Positions 56,324 through 64,000 of a stretch of 64,000 nt of DNA are shown here, piece after piece. The notes beneath the pieces are model-generated. The model had not been told where the DNA came from. It did no database searches and worked only from the letters and a program-made list of their open reading frames with translations. The position numbers and the translations under genes were made by a program. The first letter of the stretch is position 1. The number at the start of each line of letters is the position of its first letter. Source of the DNA: an uncultured Methanosarcinales archaeon (GTDB lineage Archaea > Nanobdellota > Nanobdellia > Woesearchaeales > GW2011-AR9); contig CAYSWQ010000003.1 of the NCBI GenBank assembly GCA_964434885.1, positions 6,882 to 70,881 on the forward strand. The letters are read 5' to 3'.

Positions 56324-56656
56324 TTAATAAGCTAAACAACTACATAATTTGTAACCTTTGTTTAATGCTTCAGTTTTGTTTTTGAAGATCTTTCGATTTT
56401 CTTTTTTAATATTCTGGGCATGTAAACAATTAGAAACATGTAATTTTTTTCCTGTTTTTGAAACAACATATGTTTTGTTTTTTGTTTTGGTGGTTGTTGG
56501 TTTGTTTTTAACTAAAAGTAAATGTAATTGTTTATTTTCTTTTTCTAAGTGGTTTATTCTATCTAAGATATAATTAATATTGGTTTGGATGTTAATTACA
56601 TCAGTTTTAACGTTTTGAAATGAAATTGCTAATTTTTCTTTTTCTTTATAGTTCAT
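56324..56656 (-). CDS. Small protein with N-terminal coiled coil and Ada-like metal-binding C-terminal domain
   Basis: YVVSKTGKKLHVSNCLHAQNIKKENRKIFKNKTEALNKGYKLCSC resembles the Ada_Zn_binding pattern (Y..TG...C.........N...F...EA...GY.PC..C). Confidence 0.3.
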   Translation of the reverse strand: MNYKEKEKLAISFQNVKTDVINIQTNINYILDRINHLEKENKQLHLLLVKNKPTTTKTKNKTYVVSKTGKKLHVSNCLHAQNIKKENRKIFKNKTEALNKGYKLCSCLAY

Positions 56657-56788
56657 TTTGGTTTCCTCCTTTTTGTTTAATTATGTTTATTCTTTAAATA
56701 TTTTTTGTTTATTTGTTACTTTAAAGTGCTAAATTAATTGGTTATTTTAAAACAAATCTTTTTATACTTGTAGTTAATTTATTGTTAA

Positions 56789-57808
56789 ATGACACCCGAA
56801 CAAAAATTAGAATTGTTGAAGAGGAATACTCAAGAGATTGTAACTGAAGAAGAGATGTTGAAATTATTACAGACTAAGAAGCAGCCGGTTGTTTATTTGG
56901 GAACAGCGATTACTGGTAGACCACATATTGGTTATTTTGTTTGGGTTTTGAAGATGGCTGATTTTTTGAAAGCCGGTTTTAAAGTTAAAGTTTTATTGGC
57001 AGACCTACATGGCGCATTAGATAATTGTCCTTGGGAAGTTTTGGAAAAAAGATACAAATATTATACTAAAATTATTCCTTTGATGTTTAAAGCAGTAGGG
57101 GCCGATGTTGGTAATTTAGAATTAATAAAAGGATCTGATTTTCAATTAGAAAAAGAATATATTTTAGATACATTAAAAGTAGCTACTAAAGTTTCTATCA
57201 ATGATGCCAAACGAGCGGCTTCAGAAGTAGTTAAGTTTGGAGAAAACCCAAAATTAAGTGGGTTAATATATCCAATTATGCAGTCTTTAGATGAAGAATA
57301 TTTGAAAGTAGATGTGCAATATGGTGGGATTGATCAAAGGAAGATTTTGATGTTTGCTCGGGAAAACCTACCTAAAATTGGATATAAAGCAAGAGTAGAA
57401 TTTATGACTCCTTTGATGCCTGGGTTGATTGGGAAAAAAATGAGTGCTTCTGATCCAAAATCTAAAGTTGATTTGTTAGATGATCCAAAAACTGTGCAGA
57501 AAAAAATTAATGGGGCCCATTGTGAAGCAGGAGTAGTAGAAGATAATGGTGTTTTGTCTTTTTTGAAATATGTAGTAATGACTTTGAAAGATGATGCTGG
57601 TGAGAAATTTGTGATTGAAAGACCAGAGAAGTTTGGAGGTAATTTAACTTTTGATAATTATGAAGCAGTAGAAGAAGCTTTTGTTAAGAAAGAATTACAC
57701 CCTTTGGATTTGAAAATGGCTTTAGCTAAAGAAATTAGTAAGTTGTTAGAACCTTTTCAGAAACAAAAAGAGAAATTGGAGAAAGTTGTTGAGGAAGGAT
57801 ATTCTTAA
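56789..57808 (+). CDS. tyrS: Tyrosyl-tRNA synthetase (archaeal type)
   Basis: MTPEQKLELLKRNTQEIVTEEE. HIGH-type GRPHIGY. KMSAS in GKKMSASDPKSK. 339 aa. Confidence 0.85.
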   Translation: MTPEQKLELLKRNTQEIVTEEEMLKLLQTKKQPVVYLGTAITGRPHIGYFVWVLKMADFLKAGFKVKVLLADLHGALDNCPWEVLEKRYKYYTKIIPLMFKAVGADVGNLELIKGSDFQLEKEYILDTLKVATKVSINDAKRAASEVVKFGENPKLSGLIYPIMQSLDEEYLKVDVQYGGIDQRKILMFARENLPKIGYKARVEFMTPLMPGLIGKKMSASDPKSKVDLLDDPKTVQKKINGAHCEAGVVEDNGVLSFLKYVVMTLKDDAGEKFVIERPEKFGGNLTFDNYEAVEEAFVKKELHPLDLKMALAKEISKLLEPFQKQKEKLEKVVEEGYS

Positions 57809-57813
57809 TTTTT

Positions 57814-58302
57814 TTGATAATTTTTTTAAATGGTTTGCTTTTTTTAAATAAAATGGAAAATTGTGCAACTGCAAGAAGAATGGACCCAAGCGATATTTAT
57901 GACGGAACAAATCAGAACGAGTTGTATCTAGATTATATTTTGAATACAGATCCTTTTCAAAGACTAAGTTTATCTCATACTTCTGATTTTGGACACGGGT
58001 TTTTGGAACAAAATCCAAATAGACCAAAAAAAGAACACGATACATTAATTTTATCTTTAGATAGTTTAAAAGAAAGAGATTTGGAAGTATTTAATCATTT
58101 ATTAGAAAATATTGCTAGAAATACTTGGTATGATCATATGCAACTTAATTTTCAAGATCAAGGGGTTTTGAAAAATTCACAACAAAGAGTATTTCATGAA
58201 GAACTAGGTAGTTATATGATCGGAGAAAATTCAATGAATTACTCTCATAAAATTAGAATTCTAAGGTATCATTTGGGTTTAGATAAATTAGCTAGAGGAT
58301 AA
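57814..58302 (+). CDS. Hypothetical protein
   Basis: No recognisable motif. 162 aa. Confidence 0.25.
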   Translation: MIIFLNGLLFLNKMENCATARRMDPSDIYDGTNQNELYLDYILNTDPFQRLSLSHTSDFGHGFLEQNPNRPKKEHDTLILSLDSLKERDLEVFNHLLENIARNTWYDHMQLNFQDQGVLKNSQQRVFHEELGSYMIGENSMNYSHKIRILRYHLGLDKLARG

Positions 58303-58304
58303 TT

Positions 58305-59507
58305 TTAAGAACCTTCAACTATTGCTAAACAATAATTTTTGAAGTATTTTTTTATTACGCGTTTTATATCTTTAGTGGATACTTTTTTTATTTTTTTGAT
58401 ATATTGTGTTATTTGTTCAGCTTTTTCAACTTGTTCCCAGAAGACCAATGCATCCGCTAGTTTTTGATTGTCTTCGGTTTCTAATAAATAATTACCTTCT
58501 AAGTAGGTTTTTGATTCGTTTAGTTCTTTTTCAGAGAGATTATTTAGGTCGTTAAGTTTTTTCAAAACTGCTTTTTTAGCAATAGGAACTTTCTTGCGAT
58601 CAGTACTTAGATAGATAGCAAAGTAACCATAATCTCCATCACAAGCGTGTTGAGTGCCAACTTCATAAGCTAAGCCTAACTTACTACGAATCTCTTGAAA
58701 CATCCAACCAGATTGTCCGCGTCCTAAAATACCACTAATAACATCCAAGGTATAGCTATCTGGATGTTTTCGGGAAATAGTTTTATATCCTAAAACAAAA
58801 TAAGTATTTGTGATTTTTCTTTTTTCTTTTTTGATTTTGTTTTTCTTAGACAATGGTTCTTTAGTGCTGGGCAAAGTGATTGTTTTTTGAGCTGAACGAG
58901 TGAATTTTTGTTCAACTTTTTTCCGCCAGTTAGGAATATTACCAACAATAGAAAGGACGATATTATTGGGGTTGTAATATTTATTATAATAATCTAAAAC
59001 TTTTTTCCGAGTTAGTTGTTGGATTACTTTTTTATCTCCATATGTTGGAAATTTGGCGGGATGAAGGTCGAAAATATTTTTTTCAAATAAAATCCATTGA
59101 TAGAAGCGTGGTTCGTCATTAACCATATCAATTTCTTTGATAACAATTTTCTTTTCTTTTTCAATTCCTTTTTCAGAAAAAAGAGGATTTTGTAAAATAT
59201 CTGTTAACACATCCAAACCAATATCAAAATGTTTATTGAGAACTTTTACAAAGAAACAAGTTCTTTCACTAGAGGTATAAGCATTTAAGTCTCCACCAAT
59301 CTTTTCTATTTCATTAGCAATTTCTTGACTGGTAGGTCTTTTTTTAGTCCCTTCGAAAACCATATGTTCAAGGAAGTGAGAGATTCCTCTTTCAGATTTG
59401 GTTTCGTTATTGCTTCCAACTTTGACTAGAAATTCAATTGCTACAGAATTGGTTTCTTTTTTTTGATATATTACAGTGAGACCATTTTTGAGTTTAATTT
59501 TTTGCAT
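58305..59507 (-). CDS. M16-family zinc metallopeptidase (pitrilysin-like)
   Basis: Inverted zinc motif HxxEH in GISHFLEHMVFEGT, plus the downstream E. 400 aa. Confidence 0.75.
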   Translation of the reverse strand: MQKIKLKNGLTVIYQKKETNSVAIEFLVKVGSNNETKSERGISHFLEHMVFEGTKKRPTSQEIANEIEKIGGDLNAYTSSERTCFFVKVLNKHFDIGLDVLTDILQNPLFSEKGIEKEKKIVIKEIDMVNDEPRFYQWILFEKNIFDLHPAKFPTYGDKKVIQQLTRKKVLDYYNKYYNPNNIVLSIVGNIPNWRKKVEQKFTRSAQKTITLPSTKEPLSKKNKIKKEKRKITNTYFVLGYKTISRKHPDSYTLDVISGILGRGQSGWMFQEIRSKLGLAYEVGTQHACDGDYGYFAIYLSTDRKKVPIAKKAVLKKLNDLNNLSEKELNESKTYLEGNYLLETEDNQKLADALVFWEQVEKAEQITQYIKKIKKVSTKDIKRVIKKYFKNYCLAIVEGS

Positions 59508-59606
59508 CCAAGGAGTAATTTATTTTTGTTTATAATGGTTTCTGAGAAAAGCAATTAAATCGAAAAGAAACAAAATAATTATAAACAATCAAAATTTAAT
59601 AATTCT

Positions 59607-60653
59607 ATGAAACTTCCGGAATTACAAAAAGAGTTGCGGAAAAAGAAGATATCTTATTTGTTATTGACTAATAAAGACCCTAATTTTACTTATTTTACTG
59701 GATTGAAAGGAACTTCTTTTGCCTTGTTGTTTGTTCCGCGGAAAGGAAAACCTTTCTTGTTTGTTACTTCTTTAGATAAAGAGAAAACTAATTCTTCTAC
59801 TGAGAATGTGTTAATTGAGAAACCATGGGAAGTAAATTTGAAGAAAAAGATTAAACCAAAAGTGTTAGGTTATAATGCACAGACAATGACAGTTTATGCT
59901 TATAAGAAATTTAAGAAGATTTTTCCAAAAGTTAAATTTGTTGATTGGTCAAAATATTTGTGTTGTTTAAGAATTGAAAAAACTAAACAAGAATTAAGTA
60001 GTCCGCGGAAAGCAGCAAAATTAACAGTGTTGGCTTTTGAAGGGATAATTAAAGGGTTGAAGAAAAAGAGATTTAAGACAGAAAACGACATAAAGTTTTA
60101 TTTAGAGAAATTTGCGTTAGATAATAATACAGAATTGTCTTTCCCCCCAATTGTAGCTTCTGGGAAAAACACTAGAAATCCTCATCATCAGACTTCTAAT
60201 CAAAATTTGAAGAAAGGTTTTTTGTTATTGGATTTTGGGATTTCTTATCAAAATTATTGTTCAGATATGACTCGGATGGTATATTTGGGAAAACCTGGGC
60301 CGCGGGAATTGGCCATGTATAATTTTTTATTAGATGTGCAAGTTAAGACAATAAAGAATTTGAAATTAGGAAAAACAGCAGGACAGATAGAAGCTCAGGC
60401 GCGTAAGGATTTGGGAAAGTATTCTTCTTATTTCATTCATGGATTAGGACATGGAACCGGAATTGAGATTCATGAATTACCAAGTTTGAGTCCAGATTCG
60501 GAAGACAAAATTAAGAAAAATCAAGTTTTTACTATAGAACCAGGGATTTATTTCAAAGATTTTGGGTTACGGATTGAAGATACAATTTTGATGAAAGAAA
60601 AACCAGTGATTTTAACTAAATGTACAAAAGAATTGGTATGTGTTAGTTGGTAA
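59607..60653 (+). CDS. M24-family Xaa-Pro aminopeptidase/dipeptidase
   Basis: HGLGHGTGIEIHE. FTIEPGIY. DFGISYQNYCSDMTR metal ligands. 348 aa. Confidence 0.8.
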   Translation: MKLPELQKELRKKKISYLLLTNKDPNFTYFTGLKGTSFALLFVPRKGKPFLFVTSLDKEKTNSSTENVLIEKPWEVNLKKKIKPKVLGYNAQTMTVYAYKKFKKIFPKVKFVDWSKYLCCLRIEKTKQELSSPRKAAKLTVLAFEGIIKGLKKKRFKTENDIKFYLEKFALDNNTELSFPPIVASGKNTRNPHHQTSNQNLKKGFLLLDFGISYQNYCSDMTRMVYLGKPGPRELAMYNFLLDVQVKTIKNLKLGKTAGQIEAQARKDLGKYSSYFIHGLGHGTGIEIHELPSLSPDSEDKIKKNQVFTIEPGIYFKDFGLRIEDTILMKEKPVILTKCTKELVCVSW

Positions 60654-60744
60654 AAAGTAGTTTTTATTCTTAAAATAATGGTTTATTATTATAATTTCTT
60701 ACTTTAGAGTAATTATATTCCGAAACATTTATATAATAGTCGAT

Positions 60745-61890
60745 GTGTTACTACTAAAAAATAATATTTTATTAAAATTTAAGCGAGGGAAATATAAAAT
60801 GGTATTAAGAAATTTGCGTGATTTTTTGGTTTCTACTGTAGCTGCAGGAAGTATGTTGGCAGCTGTAAGTTGTACGGAAGTAAATACTAACACTTATGTT
60901 GGTTATCCTGATAAAGGACAAAGAGCAGACATTGAGATGTCTGATGCTTCTCGAGATAATGATTTGAAAGTTAGTGTTGATGCTGGTGTTGCTCCAGATT
61001 ACAAAGTAACTGCTGATTTGGGATTAGATAGCAAAGTATTAGATTCTAAAGCTGATACTTTGAAAGCTGATGCTAAGACTTCAGATATTTTGGTTGCAGA
61101 TAAATCATTACCTGATGCTCAAACACCTGATACTAAAGTTGATGCTAGTGCACCAGACAACAAAGTACCTGATCAAAAATTACTAGATTCTCAAACACCA
61201 GATATGGCAGTGGCAGATTTGAGTGTAGATAAAACATCACCTGATACTTACAAAGCACCAGATAGCAAAGTAGCAACCCCAGATAGTACATTGGCAGATT
61301 TGAATGTTGCAGATAAATCATTGCCCGATACTTCTTACAAAGCAGATATGGCTGTTGCAAAACCAGACACATTAACAGCTGATGCAACTTCACCTGATTA
61401 CCAAATAGCTAAAGATGGTGCAGTTGTTAAAGATATGGCCCAAGATGGAACTGTTGTTATCTTTAAAGACGGTGCGACAGCAGATAGTGGAAAAGGCTGT
61501 ACTAGTTTGGAAAAAGCTTTAACTTGTTTAGGAACTAAATATCAAACATTAACAACTCCAGGATGGGCAGCTTATGAAGCTAAGCAAAATGGATATAAAA
61601 ATGTTATAACTGATGAAAATAAGTTTAAACAAGGAGTAGCTGCAGGAAACCCATGTACTGCTTCAAAAATATTTAATAATCAGACTTGTGCAGATTATTT
61701 GAAGAAAGCTACACCTGGTTCTGCTGTTGTTGAATTAAAAGATTCAAACAATATTAGAATTACTGGTTATTTGCCATTCGATCAAGCAATGGGATTAGAA
61801 GCTTTAGCTAAAGGTAAATTAAAAGGAGTAAAGTGTGCTATCTATGGTACATCATTACCTACTGCTAAAATTACTTGCTTTAATAAATAA
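60745..61890 (+). CDS. Surface (lipo)protein with about 15 tandem degenerate PDxKV/ADxKS repeats
   Basis: Signal + AAVSC. Repeats APDYKVTADLGLDSKVLDSKADTLKADAKTSDILVADKSLPDAQTPDTKV. Globular C-terminal domain. Confidence 0.45.
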   Translation: MLLLKNNILLKFKRGKYKMVLRNLRDFLVSTVAAGSMLAAVSCTEVNTNTYVGYPDKGQRADIEMSDASRDNDLKVSVDAGVAPDYKVTADLGLDSKVLDSKADTLKADAKTSDILVADKSLPDAQTPDTKVDASAPDNKVPDQKLLDSQTPDMAVADLSVDKTSPDTYKAPDSKVATPDSTLADLNVADKSLPDTSYKADMAVAKPDTLTADATSPDYQIAKDGAVVKDMAQDGTVVIFKDGATADSGKGCTSLEKALTCLGTKYQTLTTPGWAAYEAKQNGYKNVITDENKFKQGVAAGNPCTASKIFNNQTCADYLKKATPGSAVVELKDSNNIRITGYLPFDQAMGLEALAKGKLKGVKCAIYGTSLPTAKITCFNK

Positions 61891-61906
61891 TGTGAGGAAA
61901 TACAAA

Positions 61907-63805
61907 ATGTTAAAAAAAATATTTTTTTTGTTTGTGTTGGTTTTGTTAACTGCATCTATCGTTCCGTCCGGATTAGCTGTGACTAATGATGAAGCATTAT
62001 TACAATATCAATTACAATCATTGACACAGTCAAGTACATTACTTACTCTAGAGTTTAAGAGTGTAAATACCAATTACAAATCTCAAGGGCCTGTTAAAAG
62101 TGTTTTGTTAGCAATGGTTAACTTAGAACAAGCTTTTGCTGGTCAAGTAACAGAGATTCAAAAACACAAAGCAAAAGCAACGTCTTTAGGATATACTGCT
62201 TTAGCTACCGGTTTTGATAGTTTGTTGTTTGCTGATCAAGCAACTTATAATTATTTGAAAGGACAATTAGATGTTGTAGATATCGACAGAGATGGAATCG
62301 CCACATCTAAAGACAATTGTCCTAACAAAGCCAATGCTGATCAGAAAGATGATGACAAGGACGGTATTGGAGATGTATGTGATGCTGTTGTTAATCAAGA
62401 TCCTGTTTTGACTGTTACTGGAACTACAAGCGTAGTGGCTGGTCAAAAAATAACTTTGACTTTAAAAGCAACAGATAAAGATAATAATAAATTGGTTTTG
62501 GCAGTAGCTGAATCACATTCTGGACCAAGTAAATTAACTTTGACTGATAAATTTAAAGATAATGGAGATGGAACAGGAACTTTTACTTGGACTACTACAG
62601 ATAAAGATTTTGGAGATTATCCTTTAGTTTTCAGTGTGAATGATGGTAAAGTTAATATTTATTCATATGTTACTTTGAAAGTTTCCAAAAGTTTTCCAGT
62701 TCCAGTATTAGACAAGATTTTACCTCAAAAAATTGAAGAAGGTAAGAAATTGGAATTTATTGTTAAAGCAACTGATCCAAAAAACGATAAGCTTGTTTTA
62801 ACAACTAGTGCCTTACCAACAGGAGCAGTGTTTAAAGATAATGGGGATGGAACTGGTAAGTTTACTTGGACTCCAACTTATAGTCAAGCTAAGACTTACA
62901 CCATTACATTTACAGCTAAGAACACCATTCCTTTGTCTTCTTACACGCCTGTGAAAATTGAAGTTGTTGATGTTCCTACTACTGGAAACAAAAAACCAGT
63001 TTTCAATACTATTGGCACTAAGACTGTAAAAGAAGGAGTTAAGTTAGAGTTTACAGTAAGTGCTACTGATGCTGATACAGCAGATACTTTGGTTTATTCA
63101 ACAGGAGTTTTACCAACAGGAGCTACTTTTGATAAAACAACTAAGAAGTTTACTTGGACTCCATCTTACACTCAAGCTACAACTTACACAGTTGTTTTTA
63201 AAGTAACTGATGGAAAAGAGACAGTTGAACAAAAAGTAACAATTAAGGTAACAGAATCATCTGCTAATGAAGCAAGTTATGATGCTTTGAAGAAGAAGTA
63301 TGATAATTATGTTGATGAATATGATGATTACGAAGAAGATTTAGAAGATGCTAAAGATGATAAAGACAAAGATGATATCAAAGATGCTAAAGATGATCTA
63401 GATGATTTGAAAGATGATCTAGATGATCTAGATGATGATATTGATACCTTACAGAAGAAAGTTACTGATTCTTCTTTGAAGAAGAAGTTGAATGATTTAG
63501 AAGATGATGTCAAAGATTTGATTGATGACATTAAATATCTTTTAAAAGATTCTAGTAGCAGTTCATCTTCAAGTACAAGTACTGTGTCTTCTTATACACC
63601 AACCAAAACAACTTCAACTGGAACAACTACAACTCCTGGTGTCGTAGTAAATAATTTGAAAACTCCTGCTTTAACCGGAGCAACTACAACCACCACAACT
63701 GGAACTAGTTGGGATGATATTAGATTAGTTGTTTGGGTAGTAGCAGGAATTATCATCTTGCTAGCAGTGATCATCTTTTTGATCAAGTTGTTGTTAAGAC
63801 CTTAG
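61907..63805 (+). CDS. Cell-surface protein: signal peptide, TSP3-like Ca-binding repeat, three cadherin/He_PIG-like Ig repeats, acidic coiled coil, Ser/Thr stalk, C-terminal TM anchor
   Basis: DIDRDGIATSKDNCPNKANADQKDDDKDGIGDVCD. Three repeats of the form L.LT.....T..DNGDGTG.FTWTPTY.QA.TY. DDLKDDLDDLDDDIDTLQKK. SSSSSSST. VVWVVAGIIILLAVIIFLIKLLLRP. Confidence 0.55.
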   Translation: MLKKIFFLFVLVLLTASIVPSGLAVTNDEALLQYQLQSLTQSSTLLTLEFKSVNTNYKSQGPVKSVLLAMVNLEQAFAGQVTEIQKHKAKATSLGYTALATGFDSLLFADQATYNYLKGQLDVVDIDRDGIATSKDNCPNKANADQKDDDKDGIGDVCDAVVNQDPVLTVTGTTSVVAGQKITLTLKATDKDNNKLVLAVAESHSGPSKLTLTDKFKDNGDGTGTFTWTTTDKDFGDYPLVFSVNDGKVNIYSYVTLKVSKSFPVPVLDKILPQKIEEGKKLEFIVKATDPKNDKLVLTTSALPTGAVFKDNGDGTGKFTWTPTYSQAKTYTITFTAKNTIPLSSYTPVKIEVVDVPTTGNKKPVFNTIGTKTVKEGVKLEFTVSATDADTADTLVYSTGVLPTGATFDKTTKKFTWTPSYTQATTYTVVFKVTDGKETVEQKVTIKVTESSANEASYDALKKKYDNYVDEYDDYEEDLEDAKDDKDKDDIKDAKDDLDDLKDDLDDLDDDIDTLQKKVTDSSLKKKLNDLEDDVKDLIDDIKYLLKDSSSSSSSSTSTVSSYTPTKTTSTGTTTTPGVVVNNLKTPALTGATTTTTTGTSWDDIRLVVWVVAGIIILLAVIIFLIKLLLRP

Positions 63806-63881
63806 GGTTTTATTTTTTTTCTTTTATTTTCTAGTAAGTTTTAAAAATAAGAAGTTATTAATCAGATTGGTGAGGTTCAAA

Positions 63882-64000
63882 TGGCAAAAAAACAAGAAGC
63901 GGAAATGTCTAACGAAGAGAAGATGGGTTTTCATAAAGGGAGCTTAGCTACTTTAACGAAAGAAAGAGAAGAAATGTTAAGAATATTACAAATTGTTGAA
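63882..64000 (+). CDS. Partial CDS (runs off window end), hypothetical
   Basis: MAKKQEAEMSNEEKMGFHKGSLATLTKEREEMLRILQIVE with no stop before the window end. Confidence 0.25.

Overview
AT-rich archaeal chromosomal window, probably from a small-genome DPANN-like or euryarchaeal lineage. The calls rest on archaeal-type RadA, Hef, Hjc, MCM, Cdc6/Orc1, the two PolD subunits, TBP, TFE, aIF2-beta and archaeal-type TrpRS/TyrRS. Four things stand out.

1. A translationally coupled operon at the window edge (1-4.0 kb) holds an orphan C5 DNA methyltransferase, a 47-aa zinc ribbon and three membrane proteins.

2. A DNA repair and replication island (4.4-16.2 kb) holds hef, cdd, a LAGLIDADG endonuclease flanked by two insertion-bearing tRNAs, a PC4-like gene, radA, a YdjM-like gene and rpa. 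Three of its promoters carry the same tandem GTGGACAA GTGGACAA nnnCAGGTAG element directly upstream of a TATA box, suggesting an undescribed repair regulon.

3. An 18-kb minus-strand block (16.3-34.4 kb) is made of tightly coupled genes. It encodes about 15 proteins with pilin-like class-III-signal-peptide N-termini and a 2049-aa surface protein. A 402-aa paralog shares the giant protein's N-terminal Cys-rich domain and its cytoplasmic tail. A 42-aa RHH protein with two GGTATACC operator palindromes sits immediately upstream. No assembly ATPase or prepilin peptidase lies in the window. This is the best candidate for a new cell-surface attachment system. A divergent 1779-aa secreted Cys-rich protein lies next to it.

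4. A textbook replication origin (about 43.5-44.36 kb) has three ORB-like boxes, an AT-rich unwinding element of roughly 580 bp and an (ATT)n microsatellite. It sits directly upstream of cdc6-polD(DP1)-polD(DP2).

The rest is housekeeping: rnz-hjc-tfe, mcm with an RPA32-like OB/wH gene, tbp, tyrS, trpS, M16 and M24 peptidases, aIF2-beta and an Rpp30-like gene. All product calls come from motif reading by eye. No database search was run.
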